In this document: positions 28,001 to 43,000 of the stretch, piece after piece
Numbering within the stretch: the stretch's first letter is position 1
Layout of the letters: each line of letters opens with the position of its first letter
Source: Tubiluchus corallicola
Lineage: Eukaryota; Animalia; Priapulida
Reading direction: 5' to 3'
Assembly (NCBI GenBank): GCA_030141605.1
Contig: JAQGDQ010000050.1
Location: 197,971-261,970, forward strand
Length of the DNA: 64,000 nt
Program-made: the position numbers and the translations under genes
The notes under the pieces: model-generated
Told to the model about the DNA's origin: nothing
Database searches by the model: none
Seen by the model: only the letters and a program-made list of their open reading frames with translations

Positions 28001-31000
28001 GCGCAAAGATAGATTTTATGGTCCACTATAAAGAAAGCTGGGAAGTACTGGGCACCTATGTAGTTATACGACGCCACTTTCAAAAGAATTTTCAATAAAA
28101 CAAGCAAATTCTCAAAGAGGTACAATAGTTGAACTCCGTCTTGAGATAAAATGAACCTAAAAAATTATGAACAGTCTACTTGTGGTGCCAACCTTGAAAA
28201 AGAACTTGAGAAGGTTAAACCTGACTCCATACACAAAATTTATCTGTTTTTTGAAACAAGGACTGGTTCTAACAAACAAATAAGAGTACAAGCTTGGCAG
28301 AACGTATTTTATGAGAGAGGATGGATATTCAAAATGACAAAGTACATCACAGATAGCTTCTTTAAGCTATTTTTGCTTATGTGAAAAGTGAGCTTGATTG
28401 ACCAACCTTTTCAACCCAATTCCTAAAACGAACAATATCTTAATGTCAGAAAAGCCTGGACACTGAAAAACAAACATCTGCAAAAGTGAACTTCACCGGA
28501 TAAAGAAAAGGTTAATGATTATAATGATTTAAAATTGTTTTATATAGTACATGTATCTTATATACAAATACGAAAATGATTTGTGTGAATTGGGCTAAGG
28601 AAATTTTAGTCACGTAAGTGCTGAAAGAAAGGAAAATTGTATGCTAACAGTGAGAGTCTGACACACGCTTAACTCTAGTGGTGTAAATCAACTAGTACAG
28701 CTGTAAGTGGAATGGAAGAATTTAAAGTTGTCAAATAATTCATTAATAGTTTCAAATAGTTTATAGTTATGCATGAATAACTTCAACTAAAGTTGAAGTC
28801 TAATTAATAAGACACTGGCACGGCGCCAAAAATTTGAATCGGGATATAAGCCAACTAGAGTCCAACGTGTCATCACAACTCTAAACAATGTTAGAAAAGA
28901 AGCACTTCACCTGAAAGAGGAGGAGCTCGGGGTTAGCTGCAAGCTCTGCTTCAGTAGGCGAGTCTGGGGGACGAACGACGGTGGGCATCAAGGAGTCGTA
29001 ACGGGATGTATCAGACCCAGGTTCCTCCAGTAACTGAAAAAGGCAGAGGAAATGCAAACAGTTGACATTAATTTTCCAAATTCTGTAGTGGAATAATTTT
29101 GAAAATAATGTTCAGAAAATATGGCTACTCATGCAGTTAATATTACAAAAGCACCTAGGCGGAGACCAATAAGCAATTATCAGGAAAAAAACAAAAATTT
29201 CAGCCCATTTTATGTGTATACTTATATTGCTTGAGAAAATGAAGAATAGTAATCAGGCTTTGTGAAGATGCAGAAAGCATTCATGCTAGTAGACGTATAT
29301 TAACAGAAAATAGAGAAAAAGTAAATTATTGTTTACAAATAGCTTGTTATCAAACCAAATGTTTTTCAATGGCTTTGCGACAAGCATTCACCTCAAATAT
29401 TTACTTAGCTATTTCGCCATGGCCTTACATACATGATTTCTGATCCGAAGTAACGTCAATGCTTGCTTAGCTTGTGAGATGCTACCGATGAGCATATTTT
29501 ACTACTTTCATGTTGAAGCTTACAATAAAGAAGCTGACAAGCAAATAAACGATAAGAAAACAAATAAATAAGTGCATACATGAGAGAAAGCACAAATAAA
29601 AAATAAATCAATATAGATAAACAGACATGCAAAACTGTCCATTGTGCATAAATAGAGGAAAACACGAAAACAGCAAACGAAGCTGTATGAGTGAAAGATG
29701 AAAGGAAATAAAGCATAACACAATTAAGCACGGACATATAAAAACTATAAAACATACTCATACTATTGATACTCAACACATGCACTCAGATCGTCCAATT
29801 GGCACAGATATATTCACACTTGATAGGCCAAGAAGATGCTAAATGTTAAAGCTTTTGTTTTACACTAGATCTTAAAAAGACAGGCTAATCTGAGTGAGTG
29901 TGTGTAGTATCACTGATACTATATCATGATCACATAAAAAACTAATTATCACTGCAATAACCCATGGACAATTAAAAGCCAAGCAAATTAATTTTAAAAA
30001 TGACAGTTAGTACCATTTATTCATTCTTGTCACCATGTTATAGATAATATACTATTACCAGCCATGTTTTGGAGAGTGAACTTACTGACTCACCACTTAC
30101 TGAAATTATTATTTAGTTAACAGAAGCTAATAAGTGCATCGTTACATTACAGAAGGCTGAACATAAACAAGTTTTATAAATTAATGGTCTAATTAACAGA
30201 CAATTTTTAAATGCAACAGTTGATCACTGAAGCAGTTTTAACACCAAAATATAGATAATCTTTTAAGAACATTTTAGCAGGAATTAATGCAGGAACCGTG
30301 CAGTAAATAACAATGACTTTAAGTTCATTACTTCTACTTGTTTTCATATGTAAAAATGTTTTTTCTTGTTATATAGATTATAAAAAAGAACATGTAGCTC
30401 TTGTACACAGATAAGTTGTTTTTTAGAATATATCACCAATAATTATGTTAGAATTTTAGAATACAAACTAAATACTGTTTCAGAAGGTAAACTTATGGCG
30501 CGTTCAGGCTAGTGAGTTTCCTTGCCAAGTAACTCGCAAGCAAGTTCAGACTAGAGGGCAAAATTTGCTGCGAGCTACTCTTTGACAAAAGCGCGAGCTG
30601 ACACTTTCTTCTCTGCAAGAAGTGTCAAGAGTTGCTCGCCGATGCATTCAAACTAGACAGTAGCTAGCAGGAAATCAAATCGCGGCAATTGTGAGAGTTT
30701 GCAACAAAAAATTTCAGTGTGGAATTGAAAATATCACTGTGGTTTGAGGAAGTTAGTTATTAGCAAAATATGGCTATTATTCCTGGTTGTTTCTAGCTCA
30801 GCTGACCATTCATTCCGGAGAAAGTAAAAATTAAAAACTGCTTTGTTTTTAAAAAAGCATATTAACTTTCATACTTTTTATGAAAATTTGATGATAATGA
30901 AATCTCAAAGAACAAGTGTTTTTCACATATAATTCTTCTCCCAATTATCCTTCAAAATGTAAGTGACATGTACCTGCAACCTGCAACAAGTCTTACTCAT

Positions 31001-34000
31001 TTAAGTGATTTAAAATTTTTTTTCTGATGTAATGCCACTATATGCCAATCACACAAGTCCTAATTTACTAAACTTTAATAAAACTATAAGGCTGTATTAT
31101 TACCTACCCATTTTGTAGCAAGGAACATTTTCATGTCTAGTGGATCTCCACTCAGAACACCATCTATCACAGTTAGCGAGTGACATGTTGCTAAGCAAGA
31201 TAATAGTGGTCCACGTGGTAACATGTCAGCTGCAGTAACAACTGGCTGAAAACTACATTTGCATATGAGTCAATGTAATAACAAATAAATTATTATTCAT
31301 ATACATACAACCCACTTTATAATAACATACGAAGCTAAGAGAATCTTTTTTACAATTAGATTAGGTGCCCGTTTCCAGAGGCAAATCAGTTGATAATTTT
31401 TAAATTATACTTTGTTTGCCTTGCGTTGCTTAAAATTAGTTTTAGTGAACCTACCCACATCGTTGAAACTCGGCCAGGTCACTAGTGATCCAGAGAAATA
31501 ATGAAAACAGGAAAAACATAAATGCTTGTCAGCTCTTAATTTCTGAGTGGTTAGTAAAAAATTCTATGTTTGTTTTTTCTTTTGCACAAGACAAAACTGA
31601 AAATGTGTCAATATCATTCATAAAGAGCATTTATTTCTTCTGAAGCTTGACTGTATTCATTCATGCTTCAGGATTATTAGTTTGCTTCAGATCAAGTGCA
31701 AAAAGACGTCCATCAACAAATTTAATACTATCAGATGCCACACAGACACACACATTTATAAATAAGGATGTTAAAACATGCACAAAGATAAATTTTGATA
31801 AACGTAGTAGCATTTAGTAATTAGCGTATTAATAATAATAATTTCGTTCAGAACAAAGTGCAGAGGTAGCACCTTAAGTAACACAATACTTGTATTCAAG
31901 GTGGTCCTGATTATTATTACTCGCGCGGTACTATGTTGGAGTCTTTGGAGAACTCGGATGGGAGTTGAACCTACGACCTCCAAAGGGGGGTGGGGTGAGT
32001 ATGCTACATTTGCGCTATACACCCAGGTCTATAATTCGGTCATAATTACGAGTACTATGGCTACATACCAGTCTTTATCAACTGGGACAATTCCCCACAG
32101 ATCTAGTCCTTCTTCGGTTAACGTCCCAGTCTGAAAAAACATGTTGAATGGTGAAACACTTTCTATAACTTCAGCCTTGTAACTTTGTAATATTGCTTGT
32201 AACAACCAGTACAAACTCCTCGTCAAAAATATTGATTGCTGATACACACATTGCACAAACAAGCTGACTGTGTAAAAGATAGTTATCTACCACCTAACTT
32301 GGCATTAAAAAAATTCCCGATTTTGTTAAGTGTTAAAAATGTTAACTCTGTAAATAAAAAAGCTTGAAATAAAAAACAATACTAAATTAAGTTCACGAAA
32401 TTCTCTAGGATGAAAGAAAACAGCACAACTCACACATAATTTGCAATTTATTTGCTAGAATGTACTTAACTTCCAGAATCGGTTGACACAGACGAAATAA
32501 TGCTTTACACGCATTAATTCAAAAAATGTATAAACAAGCTGAAATATTTGCATTTATTTATATTGCCCTTTCCACCTCACCTCTCCCCTCCCCCACCCAG
32601 AAAAGAAGATCTGATATCAGAATAGAGGTGCAAATGAAGAAGAAAAGTAACTGTTCAAACAAGAAAATTAAACTCTTTGACTCCAAAACTACTCACTTTG
32701 TCAAAGCAAAAAAGTTTTAACTTTCCACTGACGTTGATTCGTGGCGGTGAAATGCAAAATATTCCTTGACCTTTTAAGCGGTTTTGTGCATAAATCGTTC
32801 CAACTGTCATTGCTGCAGGTAAAGAAGGTGGAACGACAATAGTGATGATATCAATGGCCCGTAATATGACTTCCTCGGTTCCCTCCTGAGAATATCACCA
32901 AATATTATCATGTTGAAAGAGAATGTATTATACTAGCATTTTTATATCTATACAGAATAGAAAGTACTAGGCAAGTTAGCCAAAAACATTTTACATAATT
33001 TTTAATTAAGCAGCTAAACTAAACACACTGATAAAATATAAATTAAGAACTAATAAATATAGAAATCAATGGTTTCTCGACATATATGGGAAAAATGTGC
33101 ATACCCCATCCTGTATCTGCGCATATATACCATATGCCATACCACAGGTTGCAATAGCTCCCATGGCAAGCACAAACTTGAATGCATCACTATAAAACTT
33201 GAAATCCATAGGCTTGGGAAATAAAATTGCATTGACCAATTCTCCTTTTGCCGTAGAAAAACCTAAAATGACAAATTAGCTAGTTTGGTTAACTAAAAAC
33301 TACGAAAAGAAAACATGATCGTTTGAAAGCAAAGTGTGGAAAAGGGAAATTGCAAAAAATTGAATCATACAATAGTACCAAGAACATGTTTATCGTCTGT
33401 GTACCATTTTTGTACACTACAACACCTAATATGAGTGAAAACTGATGTCACGAAAGTCATGGAAGATTGTTACTGATTAATTATCAATTAAATATCATAA
33501 AGTATTAGGCTGTTTTGTCCAATCGCATCTTCTGCTATTCATTGTGCAACTTCTATTAAAAATCTGATAATTAGCAGCAAAATAATTCATAATTAGGGGT
33601 TCAAAAAGTTTTAACAGTTATTACTGTCAGAAATTGAGTCATTGAGAGCAGCTATCTGTAGGTGACATTCCTCTTTACACCAAAATCTTGTGAATACTTA
33701 ATAAGCCTTGTTTTACAAAAGTTTTGCTAAAATCTGATTACTGCTGCAAGTTACTCACAGAGATTAAAATAATCCTTCAAATGTAGGTCAAACATCTAAA
33801 TCTGGGTCAAGTCTGCTCAAGTCAACTGCACTCAATAGATAATCTCCTTTTTGGATATAATTCTTAATTCATAGAAAAAATATAGTTGTGTGAGGCACTT
33901 GGTAAATAAAATTTGGGCACAGGTTGGACTTATATTATTGCACAACTTAGTTTTTTTCACGTCCATCAAACATTTTTATCCCACCTAAAACTTGTTTTAT

Positions 34001-37000
34001 TTTGGGATACAAAATCTACCCTATTTATATTCTGATTAATTAGTGACTGTGGCTTGATTATTTAAAAAAAAGAATGCCCATTTGTACTCCTGGAGTTATC
34101 AAACAGCACGGCATGAAACATTTTACAGGAATAAGCCAATCTGGGGCTAAAGTTTTGCCCATTACATTATACAATATAGTGTTATTCGGTAAGACAAAAC
34201 AGAGATAAGTAAGAGACATTTCTATGCACAATCTGCATTCCTGTAGCAGAAAATAAAAAGCAAGCACGCACCAGTTCTCACCACAACAGCAGTTACATGT
34301 GTTTTCTCGTAGTAGCGAGTCTGGATGACCTCAGTCCCAGCAAACAGCGTTTGCCTACGATGCACATCAGGAGAATACGATTCATCTTCATCGTGAATGT
34401 GAGAAAGAGAAGTTTTAGTAACAGGTACACTCTCACCTGAAAACATTTGATAAGACTGGTAAGCATCACCCACATCACTCAATTACCATTAACTTAAATA
34501 TTAGTGCTAGTGGAGAAAACATTACCTTTCATATAATACATTTTGCATGAAAAGCAGGAACCAATCAAAAATTGAACTGCTTTGTGATTGCAAAACCGAA
34601 ACTCATTGAGCTCTTTGTAAAAAAATGAAGTCATATGCTCACCAGACACCAGATGGATTATTTTGGTACACAGTGTAAAGAAAATAAGCAATAATTAAAG
34701 TTTGTTATTAAAGGTAATCCTTCTGGTCATTTGTCTTTTTTTGGTTATATAAATCATTTCTGTATACCTGTGCACGAAAATGAAAGAACTAACAATTAAC
34801 TATACTTTATATAAAATTATATATTGATATACAATTATATATCAATGATAAACAATGATAAAAATATACACAAAAAGTTTTTTGACAAACATAAAAGGAC
34901 CATTTAAATATATATATATATATTTGATATAAATATATATACCGTATATACTCGCATATAAGCCTACATCGCATATAAGCCGACCCCCTAAAACTGCTTT
35001 AAAATAGCCAGTTTTTGCAAAAACCCGTATATAAGCCGACCATCAACTTGTCTAATTTTACTCCATACCCAATCAACAAAATTGATCCCTTTTTGTCACA
35101 TTTTGTTAATTGGGTATTTTTGGTTCATAGAAATTTTTTACTACAAACATGTAAAATGCTTACTTTTATGTTACATACTAGAAGAAATAGAAGAAATTAT
35201 ACATTTTGATATGAATAAAGAAAAAAATATTTTGTTTTCTATTTATTCACAAAAAATTATAACATTTCTGTTTATAATTTAACGTAGTGTTCTTAAAAAT
35301 AATTAGAAACCTTCAAAATCATTGTCACTACCACCCTCATCGTCTCTGTCTCAAACTTATAGAGTGTCTGTTATATAGACAACCAAATAAAGAGTCAGAT
35401 AGCGATGAAAATGTGTGGCTGGAAAATTGGCATTAGTGTCTGTCCTTGTGTTCATTTTGTTTCATGCGCATATAAGCCGACTCCCTGATTTCAGTATTGT
35501 ATTTTATAGTTCTAAATTCGGCTTATATGCGAGTATATATATATAGTACTGATTTTCAGTTTTATTATTTGAATGGTCGTTTAGTTTTGTGTTTGTCAAA
35601 AAAATTATACTTGTACATGAGCTATATTTCAGTTGACATTATACTTATGTTATTAGTTTTTAAATTTTTATTTTTTTGTTATTGTCTGTTTTTTTTAGAG
35701 TTACTAGCTTATTATGTAATATTACCTCACCTGTCACCAGTTAACTATTCTTATTTTATTCTGGTTCCTTATTTTTTTAATTTAATGTCATATGTAACAA
35801 TTCATTTTAGCGACAAGCATTACTAACACCCTAACACAGCACCAGTAAAAATGATCATCATTAACCAAGGGGCAGCTGAAAAGATGACCAACTGGTCTTT
35901 TGCTGCCTTTCTTCACAAAATGTTTTTTTAAATTATTAATTGTATTATATCTATGTGTGTTGCAAGATAAAATAAAGATTATACTATATTATATTATTAT
36001 CAGACTCACCTGTTAACATACTTTCATTGACAATGCAATTTCCAGCAATCAGGGCTGCATCACATGACATAACACACCCACGTTTTGGAATGATGATTAC
36101 ATCCCCAGGAACTAGCAGTGAAGCACGTATAACCTCCACTTCTTCATATATTTATAAATACAAATACATTAATCTAGTTAATATCATGTAATAGTAACCT
36201 CTGGCAACAAGAACACAGAAAGATGCATATAGAAAAACTAATGTGAAACAAGAGAACATTTGTGAAAATCGTGTGGCATAGCCCACACCAAACAGTGCAC
36301 GTAATACATTACATAATACGTTCCTTTCGTACTTTTAGGAACACTACAAATTAGCAAAATGTTATTTACTTTTTTCTATTGCATGTTACACATAAGTAAC
36401 ACAATGAATAATGATCCAACGAAAATTGTATCAATTCTACATGTGTTTGTCCAAAAAAACCCCAAGAATATAATTTTAACACAATTTTCTACAAATATAA
36501 CCACAACTGTTGTTACTCCTCATGAGCAATGCAAAACATTCTTTTGAATTTGGGCTTTATTGAAATGAAATAACTCGAAGGCACACAGAATAGCTACAGA
36601 AATTCATATATTTTATAAATTTTACTACAATGAACTAAAACAATTATAAAATGCTAGGGTATAGTTCTTCAAATATTCTGTAAATTGAATTGTGCTACAT
36701 TGCAAGTGTAGTTTAGTTTTAAATAGACTGCTCCAAACAAAGTCAGTATGAAAATGAATACAAAACGATAAAAATAAAATTCTCATCTTTGTTTTACTAG
36801 TTACAGGACGCATCTATTGATGCTCTTCTTGAAGCAAGCGAGGCTGTAAAAAATGAACTTTTTACTGATAAAAAAGAGAAAACACTCAGTGTGGTATTGT
36901 AATTATCAGAAAAGGTTACAAACGTCTTTTTAATAAATATGACAAACCAACTTTGGCCCGAATTCCAAAGCTGATTCAAGATACATTTCAAACATATGAG

Positions 37001-40000
37001 ACAGTGCAACATTGTGATAAGTATTATGCAGACTAGTATCATCAGCATTGATAAATAAGCTTAGAAAGTAAAGAGTGCCAGGTTGTTAATAAATAGCAGA
37101 AACAATGTAAAAGTTATTACAGGCTCGTGAGGAACACCAGCAGTGATTTTATAGACAGAAACTTGCTGTGTATAAACAAGAACCAATTGCTGAAAAATTA
37201 TGATGTAATAGACAGCATACAACCACTGATGTCTTGTAATCAAAATCAGTATAATAGGATTTTAAGCCACACTTTATTGAAACCTTTGTATATGGTCGAG
37301 TGCTTAACCCAAACTTACATAGGTGCTTCAAAGTTGTATTAATAAGCTCAATGATTGATGGGAGCAAGCAAATCAGCAATTGAAGTAGAAAGCACCACAC
37401 GATAATTACTGTTTACGAAACAGTTCAAGAACTAGTAAATATTAAATTTATGACTTCAACATCTTTGCTAATGATTGATAACAGATTAATAGGATGATCA
37501 ATTAAGGGAAATGATTTCTCACAATATATTTTCCATATTGCAGAGATCATGCCAGATTGAAAAGCATAGAGGCCAATCTTGTATATTTTTGGGACAATTA
37601 TGGAAATCCATCATGTCTGAGAGCTATACTGATAACCTTTTAAACTGTGGCATAAAGACCAGAGATAGAAAAATGCGGAAAATAAAAGCACTCTTAACAA
37701 AGTATGTGAAACTTTCGTTCTAGAGGCAAATATATAATTCATACTAACCACCTGTATTCCGTAATACTGATACTTCAGTTGCATTAGAAGATGACACCAT
37801 ATCCCTTAAAGTAACTCTTTGCTAAAAGAAAAGCAAAACACATGTATAACTAATATATCTTGAAACAAATCTAAACTTAAACTTTGAAGAAATTTTTTCG
37901 AAAAAACAGAATTTTAACATGTGTTACACATGCCAATGCAGATCTCTTGCCATATGGCACTTGCAAAAGAAGTGACCATCTCCCCCTTATAAAATGCTGA
38001 CATTATTTTTTCATCTGAGCCAATCCTGGTAAGAATGAACGGATGCACGGAGAAGCCTGATGCATGAAAAAGGATCAGAATAAATGCAAAAACGTAGTTT
38101 ATTATAGAGTACAAAACAGCCATATTTGAAAAAATAGTTTTGACTCAAATATAAAAAAGGAACAGTAGCATATTCATTCTATACATTAAAAACCACAACA
38201 GATTTATATGTTGATATCGTTTGGTGCTTTACTTTCTCATTTGTCAAGCTAATTGTGCTAGCACAGTATATACGTCAGAGGGCTACTTCTTTGCATGACA
38301 TATAATGTTGTAGTAAACACCCAAAGAATAACAACAATCACAAAAAAGCTTATCCAGTCATATCAATGTTTAGCACAACTATTATATTTCAGATATGGCC
38401 TAGTGTTCACTTGCTTCTAATGCACCTATGACTGCACTGCGGTTTTAATCAGCAAAAATTGCATTAATTGTTTGATATTTGGAGTTTATTATTATATTCA
38501 GCAAAAAACTATTTCACCAGACACAATCTTGTGTGGTTTTGGCAGCCATTTTGGTAGCAAATTAAGCATGCAATTGTTTTACTTTTGTCTGTACTGCAAC
38601 TAAATTTATGGTTGTCATTAAATGGGTTAGGCATATGTTCATAACAAAAAACATAACAAATAAACAAAATCATTGCAATAAGTTAACTGACAAAAAACAA
38701 TCAAGATCAGAAAAATATCCTACCTTACGAGTCTCGTACAAAGAAATAGTGATGGATATTAAAGATATAACGACAATGCATGAGGCATATGAATAATACT
38801 CATCCACATACCAGAATATTGTGCTCAAGATTTGGAAGATGTAAAATGGGTTAAGAACCTGGAAAAATCACAAAAAAATGCATAATTCATCTTCATCAAA
38901 AGGCAAAATACAATAAACCAAATAAGACTGATACGGTTTGTAAAAATGGTAGTTGATAGAAAGAAAATAAATGTGTGCTTGCACAGCAAAATTGTTAATA
39001 AGTCGGCAATTAAGTTTTTCTAGTTATTCACATATCCTGAATGTCTATTTCACGAGGCTCATTTTGATACCAAGCTCATCGCTCAATGTTATTTCTAAAC
39101 TGAGATAATCCATGTTGAAGTTGAGGTACATGCTATACACTAGAACACATAATCTTGAGAAAATCACTGTTAAGGTTAGCTATTGTTTTTTGTTGTGTTT
39201 TTGCATAGCAACTGCACAAACAATGGTTGCTACGGACTTTGCAAGAGCACATCGAAGTTATGTTTAAATCCAGTAAGATGGTTCTTTCTGACAAAGATCT
39301 GGGCATGTCGAGACAAAAAACCCGAAGCAAAATGACAGCTTTCAGGAGCTACTACTGGAGTTTGGAAATAAAAGTTTTTTACAATTGCAGTACTAGTTTT
39401 TGGACAGGAAAATGGGCAAGGAGTCATAAAATTAAATTTTTAGCGTTTTTTGAACACGTTGTTGATAATTTGATGCTAGAATATAAAAGTCCAATAAATT
39501 TAGCGTTGGTTTTTATAAAATATGAAAAATTGACATTTGACCAAATTTTTTGACGCATTCTGCTGTGAAGCACCATAAGGTAGTTTTAACTATGCCGACT
39601 TATGGATGGTTTTGCTATGCATGCAAGCACACATATAATGTGTGTAAAATGATTTCACTTGGGTACCGTACCTCTTCAATCAGAAGTCGTGCGTAAGAGA
39701 ACACTTCAATATTGATGGAGTTTTCACCAAATATTTGAGCTCTGCAATGGGACAACACTGTTTGTTTATTTAGTCTGGAATAACAGTACATACAAAACAA
39801 AACTGCAAATAAATTAAATAATGTCACTGAGCTGCATAAATGCTTCACTTTCTGATTGCAGCATTAAGAGAATTGAATAATTTAATGCAATATGCATACA
39901 TTTTTCCATTTCTTTAACTATCAACTAATCAACAAATCAGCAAGCTAAAACAACCAATCATCTTTCCATCTAATTTTCGAACAAACCAACTGGTAATATT

Positions 40001-43000
40001 AATCCAACCATGCAAACAATGATCCATAGCACCGGATAACTCATCACTCAGCCAACTAACTAACAACTAATCAATCAACCAATAAATCAAATCAATACCA
40101 CGCAAACAGTTAAAGTAATCATTTTACAATAACCAAATATCATTTAGGAAAAAAAATAGAAAAGCAAAAATATTTTTAGCACAAAAGCCACAAGTCAAAT
40201 TACTAGTTTATTCAATACTAACAAACCAGCTAACAAGATTTTGCACAGCAGATTTTTCAACATTTGTACGAGAACTAGTGCTTTAAATGAGGAATTTTTG
40301 CACTTATGACGAATTCTCTCATCATGGTCACAGTCTGACATTGTCCAACTCCAACTAAGTATACTTTTGGGACTTACAATATAAACTAACAGTCAATTCG
40401 TGAATTTAAATTATAGACAACGCACCTAGCTTTTTGCTCATCAGGAGAATAGCCGTGAAACTCATTGTGTATCTGTGAACATGTGACCGTAGATTCCAAA
40501 CCCCAAAGAGGTAAAAACGTTTTCTCTTTTCTGTTCCAATAATATCTGTAGTTCTCGTGTACAAAATACTTAAACACGGGTGGCTGTCAAGACAGAACAA
40601 GGCAAGGTAAATATTCTTTGGTGAAAAGCAATATCAATCACATTTATAATTAAATAGTAAAAATTAAATGATTATATCAAATTATTAAGTAGAGATCCAG
40701 AGGCGTGCAGTCCACGCATGCAACGCATGCCTTCTAATTCCCAAAAATAATTACGATGTAAAAAGCATTTGATAAAAATTTCTAATAATTAACTATTATT
40801 GCAATATTTATTAACATTTTATACTTGTATTGTATTATAATGTCGGTAGGCTATAGGTTTTGCGAAACCGTTACACTACGCAAGCGACGGAGCTGTATAC
40901 ATTCACGATATTTTCCAATGTGAAAGCACACTCATAACAATTTAGACAGGGCGCTTGAAGGCGTGGCTTAATCAAAACTTGTCCAATCACAATTAGCCAC
41001 AGCATTATTTTTTATCCCAGGCTTATCCGCGAGAGAAATGCTGCCATTCATTCAACTTGGGTTTTCGCTGCCCCGCTACACGTGAATGTCTATGTGCATG
41101 TTTGTTCGAGCCATTGTTTAATACGTACTGTAGTTGGTCGAGTTCTGTACAGCTGTTGCAGAGTGCTAGTCTACTAGATCATAATTGACAAGGTGTTTAC
41201 CTGTTTTATGAATTACTGTAGTATTTAGATTCTTCATTGTGTTAATTTCAGTATTCACTGCATCAGTATTTGCATTGCTTTAGTATAGTTATCCCAATCA
41301 TAGGACTTTAGTGTAATGCAGTAGTTGGACTTCAGTATGCGAGAAGTGCATGTGTGGTAAGCATTTCTTTTACATCGTTTCTAAATTAACATATTTTTAA
41401 TTAGCTGGGATGTAAGGGTTGGCTTTAAAACAATGTTCGGCTTTGATACAAGCGACAGACTGCATAATTGAAATTGAATTACACTACCTAATTGTAGCCT
41501 ATATCTGTGTCAGTTAGAATAAATACCAGAAATTGCAATTCTCCCGATTTGCCTCCCATTTGCTACCTCAACCTAAACATAGCATAAAATGCGACCACAG
41601 TGAGATAGAATTTCTCTTCCCTTTGCAGGAAATAGGTGCTAGACAACGTGACAAAAATTGTCTGGGAACACAGCAGGTAACACAGGGGGTTTAGTGTACC
41701 ACTGCACTTAATTAGCTGCCCTAATGCAAAGCGATAGATTAAAGCAATATTCTGTGATTCACGCTAGGCTTTTGATTTATGAAGCCACTAAATTTAGCAA
41801 ATTTCACCCACTTTACGACGACTTTTTAAATATGGCAAGCCCCTGTCAAAATGCCAAAAGACAATTGAGTTTTAATACTCAACCACATTTTAGATATGCT
41901 ATGAATCATGAGTAAAATTCTGATAGAAAGGTTTGCAGCATACTATTTTGTAGGGTAACTTATTTGCACATTAGAGCAAAAAGTCATAAAGGTTTTCCTA
42001 ATTCTTTTTCCAAGTTTAGAGCTTATAGTTTGGTTGTATTACGTCGCATTTCAACATTACCAGTTTTGTGTGACTTTCGGGCTTCCTGTGACTATAAGTC
42101 AGTGATTTATATGAACAAATTACTGCATGCAGAATTTAAAATCGTCAACGAGACAATTTATTAAAAAGTGAATAGTTTTATTTTATAAACACTTTTCTAA
42201 GTGGATAGTGTATAAAAATTGTATTCATTTTAATGCTGACGCTATATAAAATGAGTTTAATTAAGTTGGTTAGATATTGTTGTCTGCTCTGTTCTCACTG
42301 TATTCCTGGATGTTTTCTTTCACTGTGCGTAGACGACTTTCAATAGATAAGTGAACTTAGTTTAGAGAGTGCTTATCTGTCTCAAATGTAAAGAAACTAT
42401 TATTATTATTATTATTTTGCTGTAATTGTCAAGTGCTGCAAAAATGTTATTTATTTGAATGAATGAGCTGCACCAGGATTTCATGTAAGGTTGACCAACA
42501 TTTTGGCTGCTATTGGCCAACAGTTATTTATCTCTGCTTATTTCTACTTTTCTATTTATAACAAAATAATACCACATCAGTAATGTATTGTCTGTATCCA
42601 GAATTGTTCTTTTAGTAAATTAATGGTTTTCAAGTAAGTTAACACTTGGTTGTATGATATTTTCTCAAGTATTTTTTGTAAGCCATGGAGAACAGAAATG
42701 GGTTGAGGCCTACAATTTGTTGGCTCATCGATAGGGCCGCTGAATTTCAAATAGCTACAACATATTCTCTACGTTAGCTACAAAAGTTATAGATAAATTT
42801 GCCTAAAAATTGACTTATAAGTATATTTTTCACATTTGTATACCAGAATTTAGATCTCATTTGACGCCTCCAAAATACCCTTAAATACGGGAAAATACGT
42901 TGGTGGCCAGGGCTCCACCCCGTACCCTGCTGGGCAAGCTTATAGGTAGCATACCCAGCTAGGAGCCCCAGACCCCCTAGCTGGTTGCACGCGTTGTTCT

